Shown here piece after piece: positions 1 to 9,796 of a stretch of 64,000 nucleotides of DNA (positions are counted from its first letter, which is position 1; each line of letters starts with the position of its first letter). The position numbers were made by a program, and so were the translations under genes. The notes under the pieces are model-generated. The model made no database searches, was not told the origin of the DNA, and saw only the letters and a program-made list of their open reading frames with translations. Origin of the DNA: an uncultured Gaiellaceae bacterium (lineage in GTDB: Bacteria > Actinomycetota > Thermoleophilia > Gaiellales > Gaiellaceae); assembly GCA_963827015.1 (NCBI GenBank), contig CAWGZI010000008.1, positions 5,384 to 69,383 of the forward strand, written 5' to 3'.

Positions 1-493
1 CGAGAGCGAGGTTGCGCGCCGGCTTGGGCGAGACGCGATCCTCGCGCACGGCGGCCGGCTCCCAGATCGAGGCCACGGTCTGGGGCGCGAAGCGGTCGTT
101 GAAGAGGACGGTCGCCACCTCCGAGAGCTCCTGCGCCGTCCGGCGGGCCTCGTCGCGGCTCGGCGCGTCGACGGAGATGCGCAGCAGCGAGCTCTCCGCC
201 TGGGCGTCGACCTCGATCCGGTCCACGAGCCCCTCGGGCGACTCGTCGAGGCCGAGGTTGCGGACGGCGGACTCGGCGACGGCACGGCTGTCGAACAGCT
301 CGGCCGCGGCCTCGGCCGCCTGCTCGAGCCGGGGGTCGCTGCCGGGGGGCTGGCCGGCGCGCACGAGCACGATCGAGGCGTCGCCGCGGTAGGTCGAGTC
401 CTGGAGGAGCGTGACCGCGACGGCAGCGACGACGCCGACCGCGACGCCCAGCAGCGGTCCGGCAGGCCCGGAGAGCCGAGGGCGGCGGAGCAT
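1..493 (-). CDS. Membrane-anchored Wzz/chain-length-determinant-like protein, N-terminal part only (gene runs off the window start)
   Basis: ATG at 493, 4 nt downstream of the lysS stop. My translation MLRRPRLSGPAGPLLGVAVGVVAAVAVTLLQDSTYRGDASIVLV...VSPKPARNLAL has one N-terminal TM helix then a Wzz-like segment. Open to position 1; absent from the ORF track because no stop lies in the window. Confidence 0.45.
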   Translation of the reverse strand, partial: MLRRPRLSGPAGPLLGVAVGVVAAVAVTLLQDSTYRGDASIVLVRAGQPPGSDPRLEQAAEAAAELFDSRAVAESAVRNLGLDESPEGLVDRIEVDAQAESSLLRISVDAPSRDEARRTAQELSEVATVLFNDRFAPQTVASIWEPAAVREDRVSPKPARNLAL

Positions 494-497
494 CCGC

Positions 498-1859
498 CTA
501 GGAACGTTCCTTCAGGGCCGGGAAGAGGATCACGTCGCGGATCGTCTCGCGGCCGGTCAGCAGCATGGCCAGCCGGTCGATCCCGAGACCGAGCCCCGCG
601 GTAGGCGGCATCCCGTAGGAAAGCGCCTCGACGTAGTCGGGGTCGTCCTCGACGAACTCGGCTGCGCCCGCCTCCTTCTCCTGCACCTGCTCCTGGAAGC
701 GGCGCGCCTGCTCCTCCGCGTCGTTGATCTCGCTGTAGGCGTTCCCGAGCTCGAAGCCGGCGGCGAAGTACTCGAAGCGCTCCACGAACGACGGATCGTC
801 GGCCGTCGTGCGCGCGAAGGGCGAGAGCTCGACCGGGTAGTCGTGGAGAATCGTCGGCTCGATCAGGTTCGGCTCGACGAAGGACGAGAGAGCGTGGTCG
901 AGGAGCTGCGCCCACGTGTGGTCGTGCGAGGTGTCGACATCACGTGCGTCGAGCGCGGCCCTCAGCTCGTCGGCGTCGCGCAGCCAGAGCCCGTGCTCGG
1001 CGAGCGCGTCCGCCAGCTTCAACCGACGCCACGGGGCCTTGAGGTCGACGTCGTGGCCACGGAACGTGACCTTCGTCGTCCCCAGCGCCGCGAGCGCCAC
1101 CCGCTCGAGTAGGTTCTCGAGCCGCACCATCGCGTCCTCGTAGTTCGCGTAGGCCTCGTACCACTCGAGCATCGTGAACTCGGGGGCGTTCTTGTACGAG
1201 AGCCCCTCGTTGCGGAAGTCCTTGCCGATCTCGTAGACCTTCTCGAGCCCGCCGACGATCAGCCGCTTCAGGTAGAGCTCGGTCGCGATCCGCAGGTACA
1301 TGTCCTGGTCGAGCTCCTCGTAGCGCGTCACGAAGGGGGTCGCGAAGGCGCCGCCGTAGCGCGGCTGCAGCACCGGTGTCTCGACCTCGAGGAAACCGTC
1401 CTCGTCGAGCGCGCGCCGGATCTCCGCGACCGCGCGCGTCCTGATCTCGAAGTCTCGCCTGGTCTCCTCGTTCATCAGCAGGTCGAGGTAGCGCTTGCGG
1501 TAGCGCTGCTCGACGTCGGTGAGGCCGTGGAACGTGTCCGGGAGCGGCGAGCGGTTCTTCGCCAGGAGCTCGAACTCGGCCACCTGGAGCGAGGGCTCGC
1601 CGCGGCGGGACTTCGCCGGATGGCCGCTGACCCCGACGACGTCGCCGAGGTCGACGTCGACCTTGCCCGCGAGGAGCTGGATCCGCCCGCTCCTGTCGAC
1701 GAGGTCGAGGAAGGTGATCTTGCCCATCTCACGCCGCGCGAGCACGCGTCCGGCCAGGCGGAACGTCTTCGACTCGTCCGTCGCGCCGGGCTCGACCTCC
1801 TCGGCCACGGTCCGGACGGCCGCGATCTCGTCCCGGTCGGCAAAGCGCTTGGGCAGCAT
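498..1859 (-). CDS. lysS: Lysine--tRNA ligase (class II)
   Basis: ORF 498..1859, 453 aa. OB-fold anticodon domain (FLDLVDRSGRIQLL) and class II motifs FRNEG and GLGLGIDRLAMLL. Neighbours coaX/fol genes as in mycobacteria. Confidence 0.95.
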   Translation of the reverse strand: MLPKRFADRDEIAAVRTVAEEVEPGATDESKTFRLAGRVLARREMGKITFLDLVDRSGRIQLLAGKVDVDLGDVVGVSGHPAKSRRGEPSLQVAEFELLAKNRSPLPDTFHGLTDVEQRYRKRYLDLLMNEETRRDFEIRTRAVAEIRRALDEDGFLEVETPVLQPRYGGAFATPFVTRYEELDQDMYLRIATELYLKRLIVGGLEKVYEIGKDFRNEGLSYKNAPEFTMLEWYEAYANYEDAMVRLENLLERVALAALGTTKVTFRGHDVDLKAPWRRLKLADALAEHGLWLRDADELRAALDARDVDTSHDHTWAQLLDHALSSFVEPNLIEPTILHDYPVELSPFARTTADDPSFVERFEYFAAGFELGNAYSEINDAEEQARRFQEQVQEKEAGAAEFVEDDPDYVEALSYGMPPTAGLGLGIDRLAMLLTGRETIRDVILFPALKERS

Positions 1860-2008
1860 CGCGCGAGTCTAGATGCCGTCGGGGCCGGATCACGGGAGCT
1901 CTACCTAGGTAGCTGCGCCGCAGAAGACAGGTAGCCGACACCGATGACGAAGGAGCGTCTTCGCCCTACCGTGATCTGCATGAGACCCACCCAACCCAGA
2001 GGATTCCC

Positions 2009-3463
2009 ATGTACGCCGCGGCGACGCTGACGGCGCCTGCGTCCGACGGGCGGATGGCGCCGAGGAGCGCGCCCGCGAGCCGCCGGCGCCGCGGCGGCGC
2101 GCTGGCCGTCACCGCCTGGATGCTGGCCGCGGCTCTGCCCCTCGTCGGCCTCGTCTCGCTGCTGCTGCGCGAGCAGCTCGACGTGGACTGGGACAACTAC
2201 CGCGTCCACTTCGCGCTGTTCCTGACGGTCGGCCTGGGGGTCTTCGTGCTCGCCTACGCCGCCGGCGCGGCCGCGAACCGCCGCGGCGACGCGCGCGTGC
2301 TGCTGATCTCGCTCGCCTTCCTGGCCACCGGCGGGTTCCTCGGCCTGCACGCGCTCGGGACGACCGGCGTTCTCTTCACGCAGGAATATGCGGGGTTCAA
2401 GGTGGCGAACCCGGTCGGCCTCGTCGTCGCCGCAGGCTTTGCGCTCTCGTCCGCGTTCGTCGACGTTCGCCCGTCGTTCGCGCGGTTCGTCGTGCGCCAT
2501 CGCGTCGCGCTGCGCCGCACCGTGCTGATCGCGCTGGCTGCGTGGTTCGTCTGGACGGTCGCCGAGCTGCCGCCCCTGGACGAGCCCGGCAACGAGGGCG
2601 GCTCGCGCAGCTTCGTCGCGGCGATGGCGGCCGTCGGCGCCGCTGCGTACGCCGTCGCGGCCGCGCGCTTCTGGTTCGTCTATCGCGAGCGGATCGGCCT
2701 GCTCCAGGCGAGCGTGATCGCCTGCTTCGCCCTCCTCGCCGAGGCGATGATCGGGGTGGCCCTGACCGGGGAGCGCGCCTGGCACGCGAGCTGGTGGGAG
2801 TGGCACGCCCTGATCGTCATGGCCTACGCCCTGATCAGCTACGCCGCCCACCGCGAGTGGCAGGACGAGCGCTTCCGCGGCCTCTACCTCCCGACCACGC
2901 GAGAGCGGATCCAGCCGGTGAGCGTCCTCTTCAGCGACCTGGCCGGCTTCACGAGCTTCGCGGAGCGCGCCGAGCCCGCCGAGGTCGCGCGCATGCTGGA
3001 CGCGTACTACGCGGCCGCGGCGCCGCTGATCACGCGCTGGTACGGCGGCGAGGTGGAGAAGTTCATCGGCGACGGGATGATGGCGACGTTCAACAGCCGC
3101 GGCGACACACCCGACCACGCGGTGCGGGCGGCCGGCGCCGCGCTGGCCCTGCAGCGCGACCTGACCCTGCTCGCGGAGGCGAACCCGGGCTGGCCGCGCC
3201 TGCGCGTGGGGGTCAACACCGGTGACGCGGTCGTACGTGAGATGGGCGGCGACGGGTTCGTCGCGTACGTCGTCGTCGGCGACACCGTCAACACCGCGTC
3301 CCGGCTCGAGAACGAGGCACCCGAGGGCGGCGTGCTGATCGGCGCCGAGACGCGCCGCGCGCTCCCCGAGGGGAGCGTCGTCGAGCCACTGCCGCAGCTG
3401 CGGGTCAAGGGCAAGCAGCAGGCGCTGGACGCCTACCTGCTCCGGGCGCTGCCCGACCGGTGA
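2009..3463 (+). CDS. Polytopic membrane adenylate/guanylate cyclase (class III catalytic domain)
   Basis: ORF 2009..3463, 484 aa. About 8 hydrophobic helices, then a cyclase domain: VSVLFSDLAGFTSF...KFIGDGMMATF...GDTVNTASRLE. Confidence 0.85.
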   Translation: MYAAATLTAPASDGRMAPRSAPASRRRRGGALAVTAWMLAAALPLVGLVSLLLREQLDVDWDNYRVHFALFLTVGLGVFVLAYAAGAAANRRGDARVLLISLAFLATGGFLGLHALGTTGVLFTQEYAGFKVANPVGLVVAAGFALSSAFVDVRPSFARFVVRHRVALRRTVLIALAAWFVWTVAELPPLDEPGNEGGSRSFVAAMAAVGAAAYAVAAARFWFVYRERIGLLQASVIACFALLAEAMIGVALTGERAWHASWWEWHALIVMAYALISYAAHREWQDERFRGLYLPTTRERIQPVSVLFSDLAGFTSFAERAEPAEVARMLDAYYAAAAPLITRWYGGEVEKFIGDGMMATFNSRGDTPDHAVRAAGAALALQRDLTLLAEANPGWPRLRVGVNTGDAVVREMGGDGFVAYVVVGDTVNTASRLENEAPEGGVLIGAETRRALPEGSVVEPLPQLRVKGKQQALDAYLLRALPDR

Positions 3464-3472
3464 GCCGGGCGC

Positions 3473-3949
3473 TCAGGCGGCCTGGATGTCGAGGATCTTG
3501 TATTTCATTGATCCCCTGGGGGCAGCGACCTCGACCGTCTCGCCCTTCTTCTTGCCGATGATCGCCTTGCCGACCGGCGACTCGTTCGAGAGCTTCGACT
3601 CGGCGGGGTTCGCCTCGGCGGAGCCGACGATCGTGTACTCGACGGTCGACTTCGCGTCGACGTCGCGCAGCTTCACCTTGGCGCCGATCGAGACGACGCT
3701 GAGATCGACGTCGCGCTTCTGGATCACGCGCGCGTTCAGCAGCCGCTCCTCGAGCTGGGCGATCTTGTGCTCGAGCATCGCCTGCTCGTTCTTGGCGTCG
3801 TCGTACTCGGCGTTCTCCGAGATGTCGCCGAACTCGCGGGCGACGCGGATCCGATCGGCGACCTCACGCCGCTTCTCGGTCGAGAGCAGCTCGATCTCAG
3901 CCTTCAGCTTCTCGTAGCCCTCGGGCGTGAGAATGACTTCCTTCAACAT
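3473..3949 (-). CDS. greA: Transcription elongation factor GreA
   Basis: 158 aa. N-terminal coiled coil with the acidic tip (FGDISENAEYDDAK) and a C-terminal FKBP-like domain. AGGAGG-type SD before the ATG. Confidence 0.95.
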   Translation of the reverse strand: MLKEVILTPEGYEKLKAEIELLSTEKRREVADRIRVAREFGDISENAEYDDAKNEQAMLEHKIAQLEERLLNARVIQKRDVDLSVVSIGAKVKLRDVDAKSTVEYTIVGSAEANPAESKLSNESPVGKAIIGKKKGETVEVAAPRGSMKYKILDIQAA

Positions 3950-4050
3950 GCCTCCTCAAGACAAAAGCCGGCGATATCGCGCCGACGCGGGCCGGAATGG
4001 TAGCGGCCCGTTCTGATGCGGTCAATACCTCTGAGTACCATCCGTGAACC

Positions 4051-5109
4051 ATGAACGTCGATCTGCGCGAGAGCTGGTTCGTCCGCGACGTCGAGATCCC
4101 GACGCGGCTCGTCCTGGCGCCGATGGCGGGCGTCAGCGTGCAGGCGTTTCGCCGCCAGGGACGCCGCTTCGGAGCCGGTCTCGTCTGCTCGGAGATGGTC
4201 AGCTGTGCGGGCATCGAGCACCGGAACGAGAAGACGCTCGGATACCTGCGCGTCGCGTCGGACGAGCATCCGCTCGCGATCCAGATCTTCGGCTCGGAGC
4301 CGCGCACGATGGCGGAGGCCGCCCGCATGGTCGAGGCGGCCGGGGCCGACCTCGTCGACATCAACTTCGGCTGCCCCGTCCGCAAGGTGACGAAGACCGG
4401 CGCCGGCGCCACGCTCCTCGACGAGCCGGGTCGTGCGACGGCGATCGTCGAGTCGGTCGCCGCGGCCGTCGACGTGCCGGTGAGCGTCAAGATGCGGCGC
4501 GGCCTCCGCGACGGCGCGCGAACGTGCCTCGAGCTGGGACCGCAACTCGTCGAAGCGGGCGCGGCGACGCTGACGCTGCACCCGCGCTCGGCCCAGCAGA
4601 TGTACACCGGCACCGCCGACCACTCCCTGACGGCCGAGCTCGTCTCGCTCGTCGACGTGCCCGTGATCGCCTCCGGCGACGTCACCTCGCGCGCGAAGGC
4701 GCAGGCCGTGCTCGCGACGACCGGCGCGGCGGCCGTGATGGTCGGCCGCGGCGCGCAGGGCAACCCGTGGGCGCTGCGCGAGATCGTCGACGGTGACGCC
4801 GACGAGCCGACGCGCGAGGAGGTCGTCGCCGAGCTCGTCCTCTTCATCCGCGAGACGGTGCGCGAGCTGGGCGAGCGGCGCGCGTCCGGCTTCCTGAAGA
4901 AGTTCTACGGCTGGTATCTCGGCCGCGGCCGCTTCCCGCGGCCGTTCAAGCAGGAGCTGGTGGTGCTCGACTCGACCGAGGACGTGGAGCGGCGCCTGAT
5001 CGCCGCCGCCCCGGGAGCCCTGCAGCTGATCCAGCAGCTGGAGGCAGAGCTCCCGGCGGGCGACGAGGTCCTGCTCGACTTGCCGATCTCGATCTACGGC
5101 GGCGGCTAG
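4051..5109 (+). CDS. dus: tRNA-dihydrouridine synthase
   Basis: 352 aa. LAPMAGVS...IQIFG...DINFGCPVRKV...TLHPR motifs of Dus-family TIM-barrel flavoenzymes. Confidence 0.9.
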   Translation: MNVDLRESWFVRDVEIPTRLVLAPMAGVSVQAFRRQGRRFGAGLVCSEMVSCAGIEHRNEKTLGYLRVASDEHPLAIQIFGSEPRTMAEAARMVEAAGADLVDINFGCPVRKVTKTGAGATLLDEPGRATAIVESVAAAVDVPVSVKMRRGLRDGARTCLELGPQLVEAGAATLTLHPRSAQQMYTGTADHSLTAELVSLVDVPVIASGDVTSRAKAQAVLATTGAAAVMVGRGAQGNPWALREIVDGDADEPTREEVVAELVLFIRETVRELGERRASGFLKKFYGWYLGRGRFPRPFKQELVVLDSTEDVERRLIAAAPGALQLIQQLEAELPAGDEVLLDLPISIYGGG

Positions 5110-5531
5110 GTCGCGACGCGGGCTCGCGGCTCCGCCTCCTTGCGGGCGGCCGCCCAGGCGCCGAGGAGCCCGAGGGTGAGCACCGCGTGGAGAACGTTGT
5201 CGGCGGAGTTGACCGGGATCCAGTCACCGGCGCCGATCACGCCGAGCAGGAACACGGCCGCGTAGGCGATTCCCCCGAAGAGCAGATAGCTGAGCGCACC
5301 CGAGTGGGTCGCGGCCAGCAGGATGCCGACGCCGAAGAGCAGGTGAACGATGTTGTGTAGGACGCTGACCTTGAAGATGCCGAGCAGCTCGGCGTTGCCG
5401 TCGTTGCCGGCGAACTCGAGCCCGTCGTAGAGGTTCGTCGTCAGGCCGGGGACGAATCCGAGGATGCCGACGAGCAGGAAGACGGCGCCGAACATGAGCG
5501 CCAGTCGCTGAGCGAGCGTGCGGTTGTGCAT
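5106..5531 (-). CDS. DUF4383-like small integral membrane protein
   Basis: Internal ATG at 5531 (residue 15 of ORF 5106..5573), preceded by GGAGG with 4-nt spacing. Four hydrophobic helices: FLLVGILGFVPG...HNIVHLLFG. Confidence 0.7.
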   Translation of the reverse strand: MHNRTLAQRLALMFGAVFLLVGILGFVPGLTTNLYDGLEFAGNDGNAELLGIFKVSVLHNIVHLLFGVGILLAATHSGALSYLLFGGIAYAAVFLLGVIGAGDWIPVNSADNVLHAVLTLGLLGAWAAARKEAEPRARVAT

Positions 5532-5586
5532 GAGACCTCCGTATCTAGGAACCCTGTCCATGGTTTGTCCCACCTCTGGCGAGATC

Positions 5587-6342
5587 TCAAACTGAGGCGT
5601 TGCGCTGCCAGACGAGCCGGAGGCCCTCCAACGTCAGATCCGGGTCGACCCGGTCGAGCGTGCGGGCGTGCGGGGCGATCAGGTCGGCAAGGCCTCCGGT
5701 CGCGACGGTCGGGGCTTCGACACCAAGCTCCTCGCGGATCCTGCCGACGATCCCGTCGACCTGGCCCGCGAAGCCGTAGACGAGTCCGGACTGGAGCCCG
5801 CCGACGGTGGTCTTCCCGATCACCGTCGGCGGCGCCGTGAAGTCGACCTTGACCAGGCGCGCCGCGCGCGCGAACAGCGCGTCCATCGAGATCTCGATCC
5901 CCGGCGCGAGCACGCCGCCGACGTACTCGCCCTCCGGGGAGACGATGTCGAAGTTGGTCGAGGTGCCGAAGTCGACGACGATCACCGGCGCGCCGTAGCG
6001 CTCGCTCGCCGCTACCGCGTTGACGATCCGGTCGGGGCCGACCTCGCGGGGATCGTCGTAGCGGATCGGGATGCCCGTCTTCACGCCGGGGCCGACCGTC
6101 AGGAGCGGCGCCTGGGCCCAGCGCCCGGCGACCCGCTCCCACTCCCGCTGCAACGCCGGCACCGTGGTCGAGAGGCAGATCCCGTCGACGTCCTCGAGCT
6201 CGAAGAGCGATCCGAGGGTGACCCCCAGCTCGTCGCCGGTGCGGCTGCGGTCGGTCGCGAGCCGGAAGCTGTCGACGAGCCGCTCGCCCTCGAACAGGCC
6301 GAGCACCGTCTGCGTGTTGCCGACGTCGACTGCGAGCAGCAC
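5587..6342 (-). CDS. coaX: Type III pantothenate kinase
   Basis: 251 aa. MLLAVDVGNT...VVVDFGTSTNFD...ATGG motifs of the ASKHA-fold CoaX family. GTG start. Confidence 0.9.
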   Translation of the reverse strand: MLLAVDVGNTQTVLGLFEGERLVDSFRLATDRSRTGDELGVTLGSLFELEDVDGICLSTTVPALQREWERVAGRWAQAPLLTVGPGVKTGIPIRYDDPREVGPDRIVNAVAASERYGAPVIVVDFGTSTNFDIVSPEGEYVGGVLAPGIEISMDALFARAARLVKVDFTAPPTVIGKTTVGGLQSGLVYGFAGQVDGIVGRIREELGVEAPTVATGGLADLIAPHARTLDRVDPDLTLEGLRLVWQRNASV

Positions 6343-6390
6343 GCCGCGAGCGTACCGACTTAGTTGCTGACAGCAACGAAGTCGCTCGGG

Positions 6391-6759
6391 CTACGGCGTG
6401 TCGTCGTCCGTGCTCAGCCGTTCGCCGAGGCGCTCGGCCAGCGCTTCGGCCGTCAGCTTCGGGTCGTCGTTCTCGCCCCGGAGCTCCTCGACCGTGACGT
6501 CGCTCGACGTGTAGACCTCGGCCCGCGGGATGATCCGGGTGGGCCGGTTCTTGTCCCAGACCCAGACGTCCTCCATCTTCACGTGGAAGAACGGGTAGCT
6601 CGCCTGCGGCGAGGCCTGGAGGTCGAGCTTGTTGCAGAGGTACGTCGCGTCTGCGGTCAGGATGCAGTAGCGGAAGAGCCCGAAGACGGCCGTGTACTCG
6701 CGCTTCAGCGCGAGCTCGAGCTCCGCCTCGAACTCGTCGAGATCGTCGAGATGGCTCAC
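6391..6759 (-). CDS. DUF2469-family protein
   Basis: Part of ORF 6391..6780. GTG at 6759 gives VSHLDDLDEFEAELELALKREYTAVFG...VWVWD, matching my recollection of the actinobacterial DUF2469 pattern (E.E.EL.LYREY...W.WD). Start lies 5 nt after the folK stop. Confidence 0.65.
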   Translation of the reverse strand: MSHLDDLDEFEAELELALKREYTAVFGLFRYCILTADATYLCNKLDLQASPQASYPFFHVKMEDVWVWDKNRPTRIIPRAEVYTSSDVTVEELRGENDDPKLTAEALAERLGERLSTDDDTP

Positions 6760-6763
6760 CCGC

Positions 6764-7204
6764 TCAGTGTAGCCCCGCAAGGAGGTCCGACACGCGGCCG
6801 CGGCCCGGAATCGCGAGCTCCGGATCGAGGTCGAGGAGCGGCTCGAGCGCGAAGCGGCGCTCGTGCAGGCGTGGGTGCGGCACGGTCAGGCCGGGCTCGT
6901 CGACCGTCTCGGAGCCGTAGAGGAGGAGGTCGAGGTCGATCGTGCGCGGCCCCCAGCGCTCGCGGCGCTCGCGCCCGAGCTCGCGCTCGACCGCAAGCAG
7001 CGCTCCGAGGAGCTCACGCGCGGAGAGATCCGTCTCGAGGGCGGCCGCCCCGTTCAGGAACGGCGGCTGATCGACGACGCCGACCGGGTCCGTCTCGCGA
7101 AGCTCGGAGACCGCGACGACGCCGGGGAGCGCGGCGAGCGCCGCCCGGATCGTGCCCTCACGGTCGCCGAGGTTCGCGCCGACGCCGACGTAGGCGCGCG
7201 TCAT
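6764..7204 (-). CDS. folK: 2-amino-4-hydroxy-6-hydroxymethyldihydropteridine pyrophosphokinase
   Basis: Internal ATG (residue 113 of ORF 6764..7540): MTRAYVGVGANLGDRE...GPRTIDLDLLLYG...TVPHPRLHERRFAL. ATGA overlap with the folB stop. Confidence 0.9.
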   Translation of the reverse strand: MTRAYVGVGANLGDREGTIRAALAALPGVVAVSELRETDPVGVVDQPPFLNGAAALETDLSARELLGALLAVERELGRERRERWGPRTIDLDLLLYGSETVDEPGLTVPHPRLHERRFALEPLLDLDPELAIPGRGRVSDLLAGLH

Positions 7205-7533
7205 CGCTCGGCGGTGACGGTGGCGCGGCCGCCTTCGAGCTCGAGCTCGGGCTTGCCGACACGAACCCGCACGCCGGAGACGGCGAAGCGCCGCTTCAGC
7301 TCCTCGGCGACCGCCGCCGCCAGCGTCTCGAGCAGCTGGAACGCGGTGCCGTCCGAGACCTCGCGGACGGCCGCGACGACGTCGCGGTAGTCGACCGTCG
7401 CATCGATGTCGTCGACCGCCGGCTCGGCGAGCTCGAGCGTCACGTCGAAGACGAAGAGCTGCCCGTCGCGGCGCTCGTGGTCGAGCACGCCGTGCAGCCC
7501 GCGCAGCGTGATCCCCTCGATCTCTATCCGCAT
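7201..7533 (-). CDS. folB: Dihydroneopterin aldolase
   Basis: C-terminal 110 aa of ORF 7201..8370: MRIEIEGITLRGLHGVLDHERRDGQLFVFDV...DYRDV. Overlaps the folP end by 10 nt. Confidence 0.9.
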   Translation of the reverse strand: MRIEIEGITLRGLHGVLDHERRDGQLFVFDVTLELAEPAVDDIDATVDYRDVVAAVREVSDGTAFQLLETLAAAVAEELKRRFAVSGVRVRVGKPELELEGGRATVTAER

Positions 7534-8339
7534 ACGGCACCGGCCGCGGTCAGCGCTTCGACGTGCTCGCGCACGTCGTGAACGCGGAAGATCGAGGCAC
7601 CGCGCTCGTACGCGGCGACGGCCGCGCCGAGCGAGGCCGCGAGCGACCCCGTCCGCGCCGCCGGGTCGAACAGCTTCCCGAGCGAGCTCTTGCGCGACAG
7701 CCCGACGAGGACGGGCCGGCCGAGGTCGAGCAGCACGTCGAGCCGGCGGATCAACTCGAGGTTCTGCGCGGGCGTCTTGCCGAAGCCGATACCGGGGTCG
7801 AGGCAGACGTGGTCCTCCGGGATCCCGGCCTCGACCGCGAACGCGAGCCGCTCCTCGAGGAAGGCGGCGACCTCGCCGGCGACGTCGTCGTACCGCGGAT
7901 CGAGCTGCATCGTCCGCGGCTCTCCCTGCATGTGCATCAGGCAGACGTAGGCGCCGGCCTCGGCGACGACTCCGGCGAGATCGGGGTCGCCGCGAAGAGC
8001 CGTGACGTCGTTGACGAGCTCGGCGCCGAGGTCGAGCGCGCGCCGGGCGACCTCGCTCTTGGCGGTGTCGATCGAGACCGGAAGTCCGGCGAGGCGCTCC
8101 AGCACCGGCACGACGCGGCGCAGCTCCTCGTCCGGTGAGACGCCTTCGGAGCCGGGACGGGTCGACTCGCCGCCGACGTCGACGATCGTCGCCCCGTCCT
8201 CGATCATCCGGCGCGCCGCGGCCGCAGCGACGTCCGGGTCGAGGTGCACGCCTCCGTCGGAGAAGCTGTCGGGAGTCACGTTCACGATCCCCATCACCGC
8301 GGGCCGCTGCAAACGTTCCTCGACCGCCTGACGTCTCAC
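7524..8339 (-). CDS. folP: Dihydropteroate synthase
   Basis: C-terminal part of ORF 7524..9263: MGIVNVTPDSFSDGG...DVGGESTRPG...DPGIGFGK. GTG at 8339 is chosen because it sits 15 codons upstream of MGIVNV, as in other FolP; the ATG at 8294 is the alternative. Confidence 0.9.
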   Translation of the reverse strand: MRRQAVEERLQRPAVMGIVNVTPDSFSDGGVHLDPDVAAAAARRMIEDGATIVDVGGESTRPGSEGVSPDEELRRVVPVLERLAGLPVSIDTAKSEVARRALDLGAELVNDVTALRGDPDLAGVVAEAGAYVCLMHMQGEPRTMQLDPRYDDVAGEVAAFLEERLAFAVEAGIPEDHVCLDPGIGFGKTPAQNLELIRRLDVLLDLGRPVLVGLSRKSSLGKLFDPAARTGSLAASLGAAVAAYERGASIFRVHDVREHVEALTAAGAVCG

Positions 8340-8362
8340 CCTGCGTGGAGAGTAGCGCTCGT

Positions 8363-9281
8363 GTGCGCACGGCCTTCCTGACCGGGGCGGGCGTCGTGGC
8401 CGCCGTCGTGCTCGTCGCGATCGCGGCGGCGCGGGTCGACCTCGACCGGCGACGCGAGGACCCGCAAGCCGAGCGACGCCCTCTCGGACGTCCTCTTCAG
8501 CCTCTACCTGATCGCACTGGTCGGCGGCGCCGTCGCGTTCGTCTACCTGCTCGTGCTCCAGCGGCACGCGCGCGTGCAGAGCGGCAAGGCACCGCGCAAG
8601 AGCGTCGTCGAGATGCTCATCTCGATGTTCGTCCTCGTCGTCGCCGGCGCCTTGATCGCACGCAGGCTCGCGAACTGGGAACGGCCGAGGCCGATCGAGC
8701 CGGAGGAGGCGATCGGGCAAGCGGAGACGATCCCGGTCGACACCTCGACGCAGGTCGGCTCGACCTACGACGCAGACCTCTCGTGGCCGCCCGTGATCGT
8801 CACCGTCGGGCTGGTCGTGCTGGCGGTCGCCGCCTGGTGGTTCGCCGGCCGGGCGAGGCGGCGCGCCCGAGGAGAGCTTCGCCCGGTGCTCGCGGCCGCG
8901 GTCGCGCAGGCGGTCGACGAGTCGCTCGACGATCTCCGCGCCGAGCCCGACCCGCGCAAGGCGGTGATCGCCGCCTACGCCCGGCTCGAACGCGTCCTCG
9001 CCGCGCATGGGCTGCCGCGAGACCCCGCCGAGGCGCCGCTCGAGTATCTCGGGCGCATGCTCGCGCAGCTGTCCGTCTCCGACCGGGCGGCGCGTGCGCT
9101 CACCGACCTGTTCGAAGAGGCTAAGTTCTCGCAGCATGCAGTCGGGCCGGAGATGAAGGAGCAGGCGATCGACGCGCTCCAGACAGTGCGTGACGATCTG
9201 CTGGCGGCCGAGGCGCTGGCCGCGCAGGAGCGTGAGGCAGCCGTGCGGGCTCAGCGCGAGCACGCGAGAGCGGCGCAGTGA
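8363..9281 (+). CDS. DUF4129-type membrane protein; N-terminal ~30 codons lie in another frame (apparent +1 frameshift near 8440)
   Basis: ORF 8553..9281 ends in a DUF4129-like segment (PLEYLGRMLAQL...LTDLFEEAKFSQH). Upstream in the same frame a clear TM segment (VLFSLYLIALVGGAVAFVYLLVL) has no ATG/GTG/TTG. A GTG at 8363 opens a TM helix (VRTAFLTGAGVVAAVVLVAIAAA) in the adjacent frame. Confidence 0.55.
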
Positions 9282-9796
9282 GTCGGCGCGCGCTACGGCT
9301 CGGACGCTTCCCGGCCCTCCTGACCGTCGTCCTCCTGCTGCTGCTCGTCGCGCTGCCGGGCCGCGCCGAGATCACGATCCGCGTGTACGTGCTCCTGGTC
9401 GCCGCGTTCGTCCTCGGCCAGCTGCTGGCGCGCCTGCGCCGCTCGCTGCCCGAGCAGGGTGCGTCGCCGGTCGACGCCGCACTCAACCGCCGTCCGCGCA
9501 AGCCGGAGCGGATCCCCGAGCTCGAGAAGATCGAGCGCGAGGTCACGCTCGGCCAGGCGACTGCGTTCGACCTCCACTTCCGGCTGCGCCCGACGCTGCG
9601 CCGGATCGCCTCCGAGCTGCTCCGCGCCCGCCGCGGGATCGACCTCGACACGAGCCCCGAGGCCGCGCGGCGCGCGCTCGGCGACGAGGCCTGGGAGCTC
9701 GTGCGCCCCGACCGCGAGCAGCCGCTCGAGCGCTTCGGCCGCGGGATCGAGCTCGCCTCCCTGCGGAACGTGGTTGCCTCGCTGGAGGCGCTCTGA
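9278..9796 (+). CDS. Hypothetical membrane protein of the MoxR module
   Basis: 172 aa. Two N-terminal hydrophobic helices. GTGA overlap with the upstream gene and ATGA-type overlap with moxR indicate translational coupling. Confidence 0.6.
   Translation: MSRRALRLGRFPALLTVVLLLLLVALPGRAEITIRVYVLLVAAFVLGQLLARLRRSLPEQGASPVDAALNRRPRKPERIPELEKIEREVTLGQATAFDLHFRLRPTLRRIASELLRARRGIDLDTSPEAARRALGDEAWELVRPDREQPLERFGRGIELASLRNVVASLEAL

Noticed and set aside
9190-9795. N-terminal extensions of track ORFs (for example 202 extra residues on MoxR, 228 on the winged-helix protein, 434 on DUF58)
   Set aside because: The extensions are Arg/Pro-rich and overlap well-supported upstream genes in another frame. 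Internal starts coincide with ATGA/GTGA junctions and with the family-typical N-termini.
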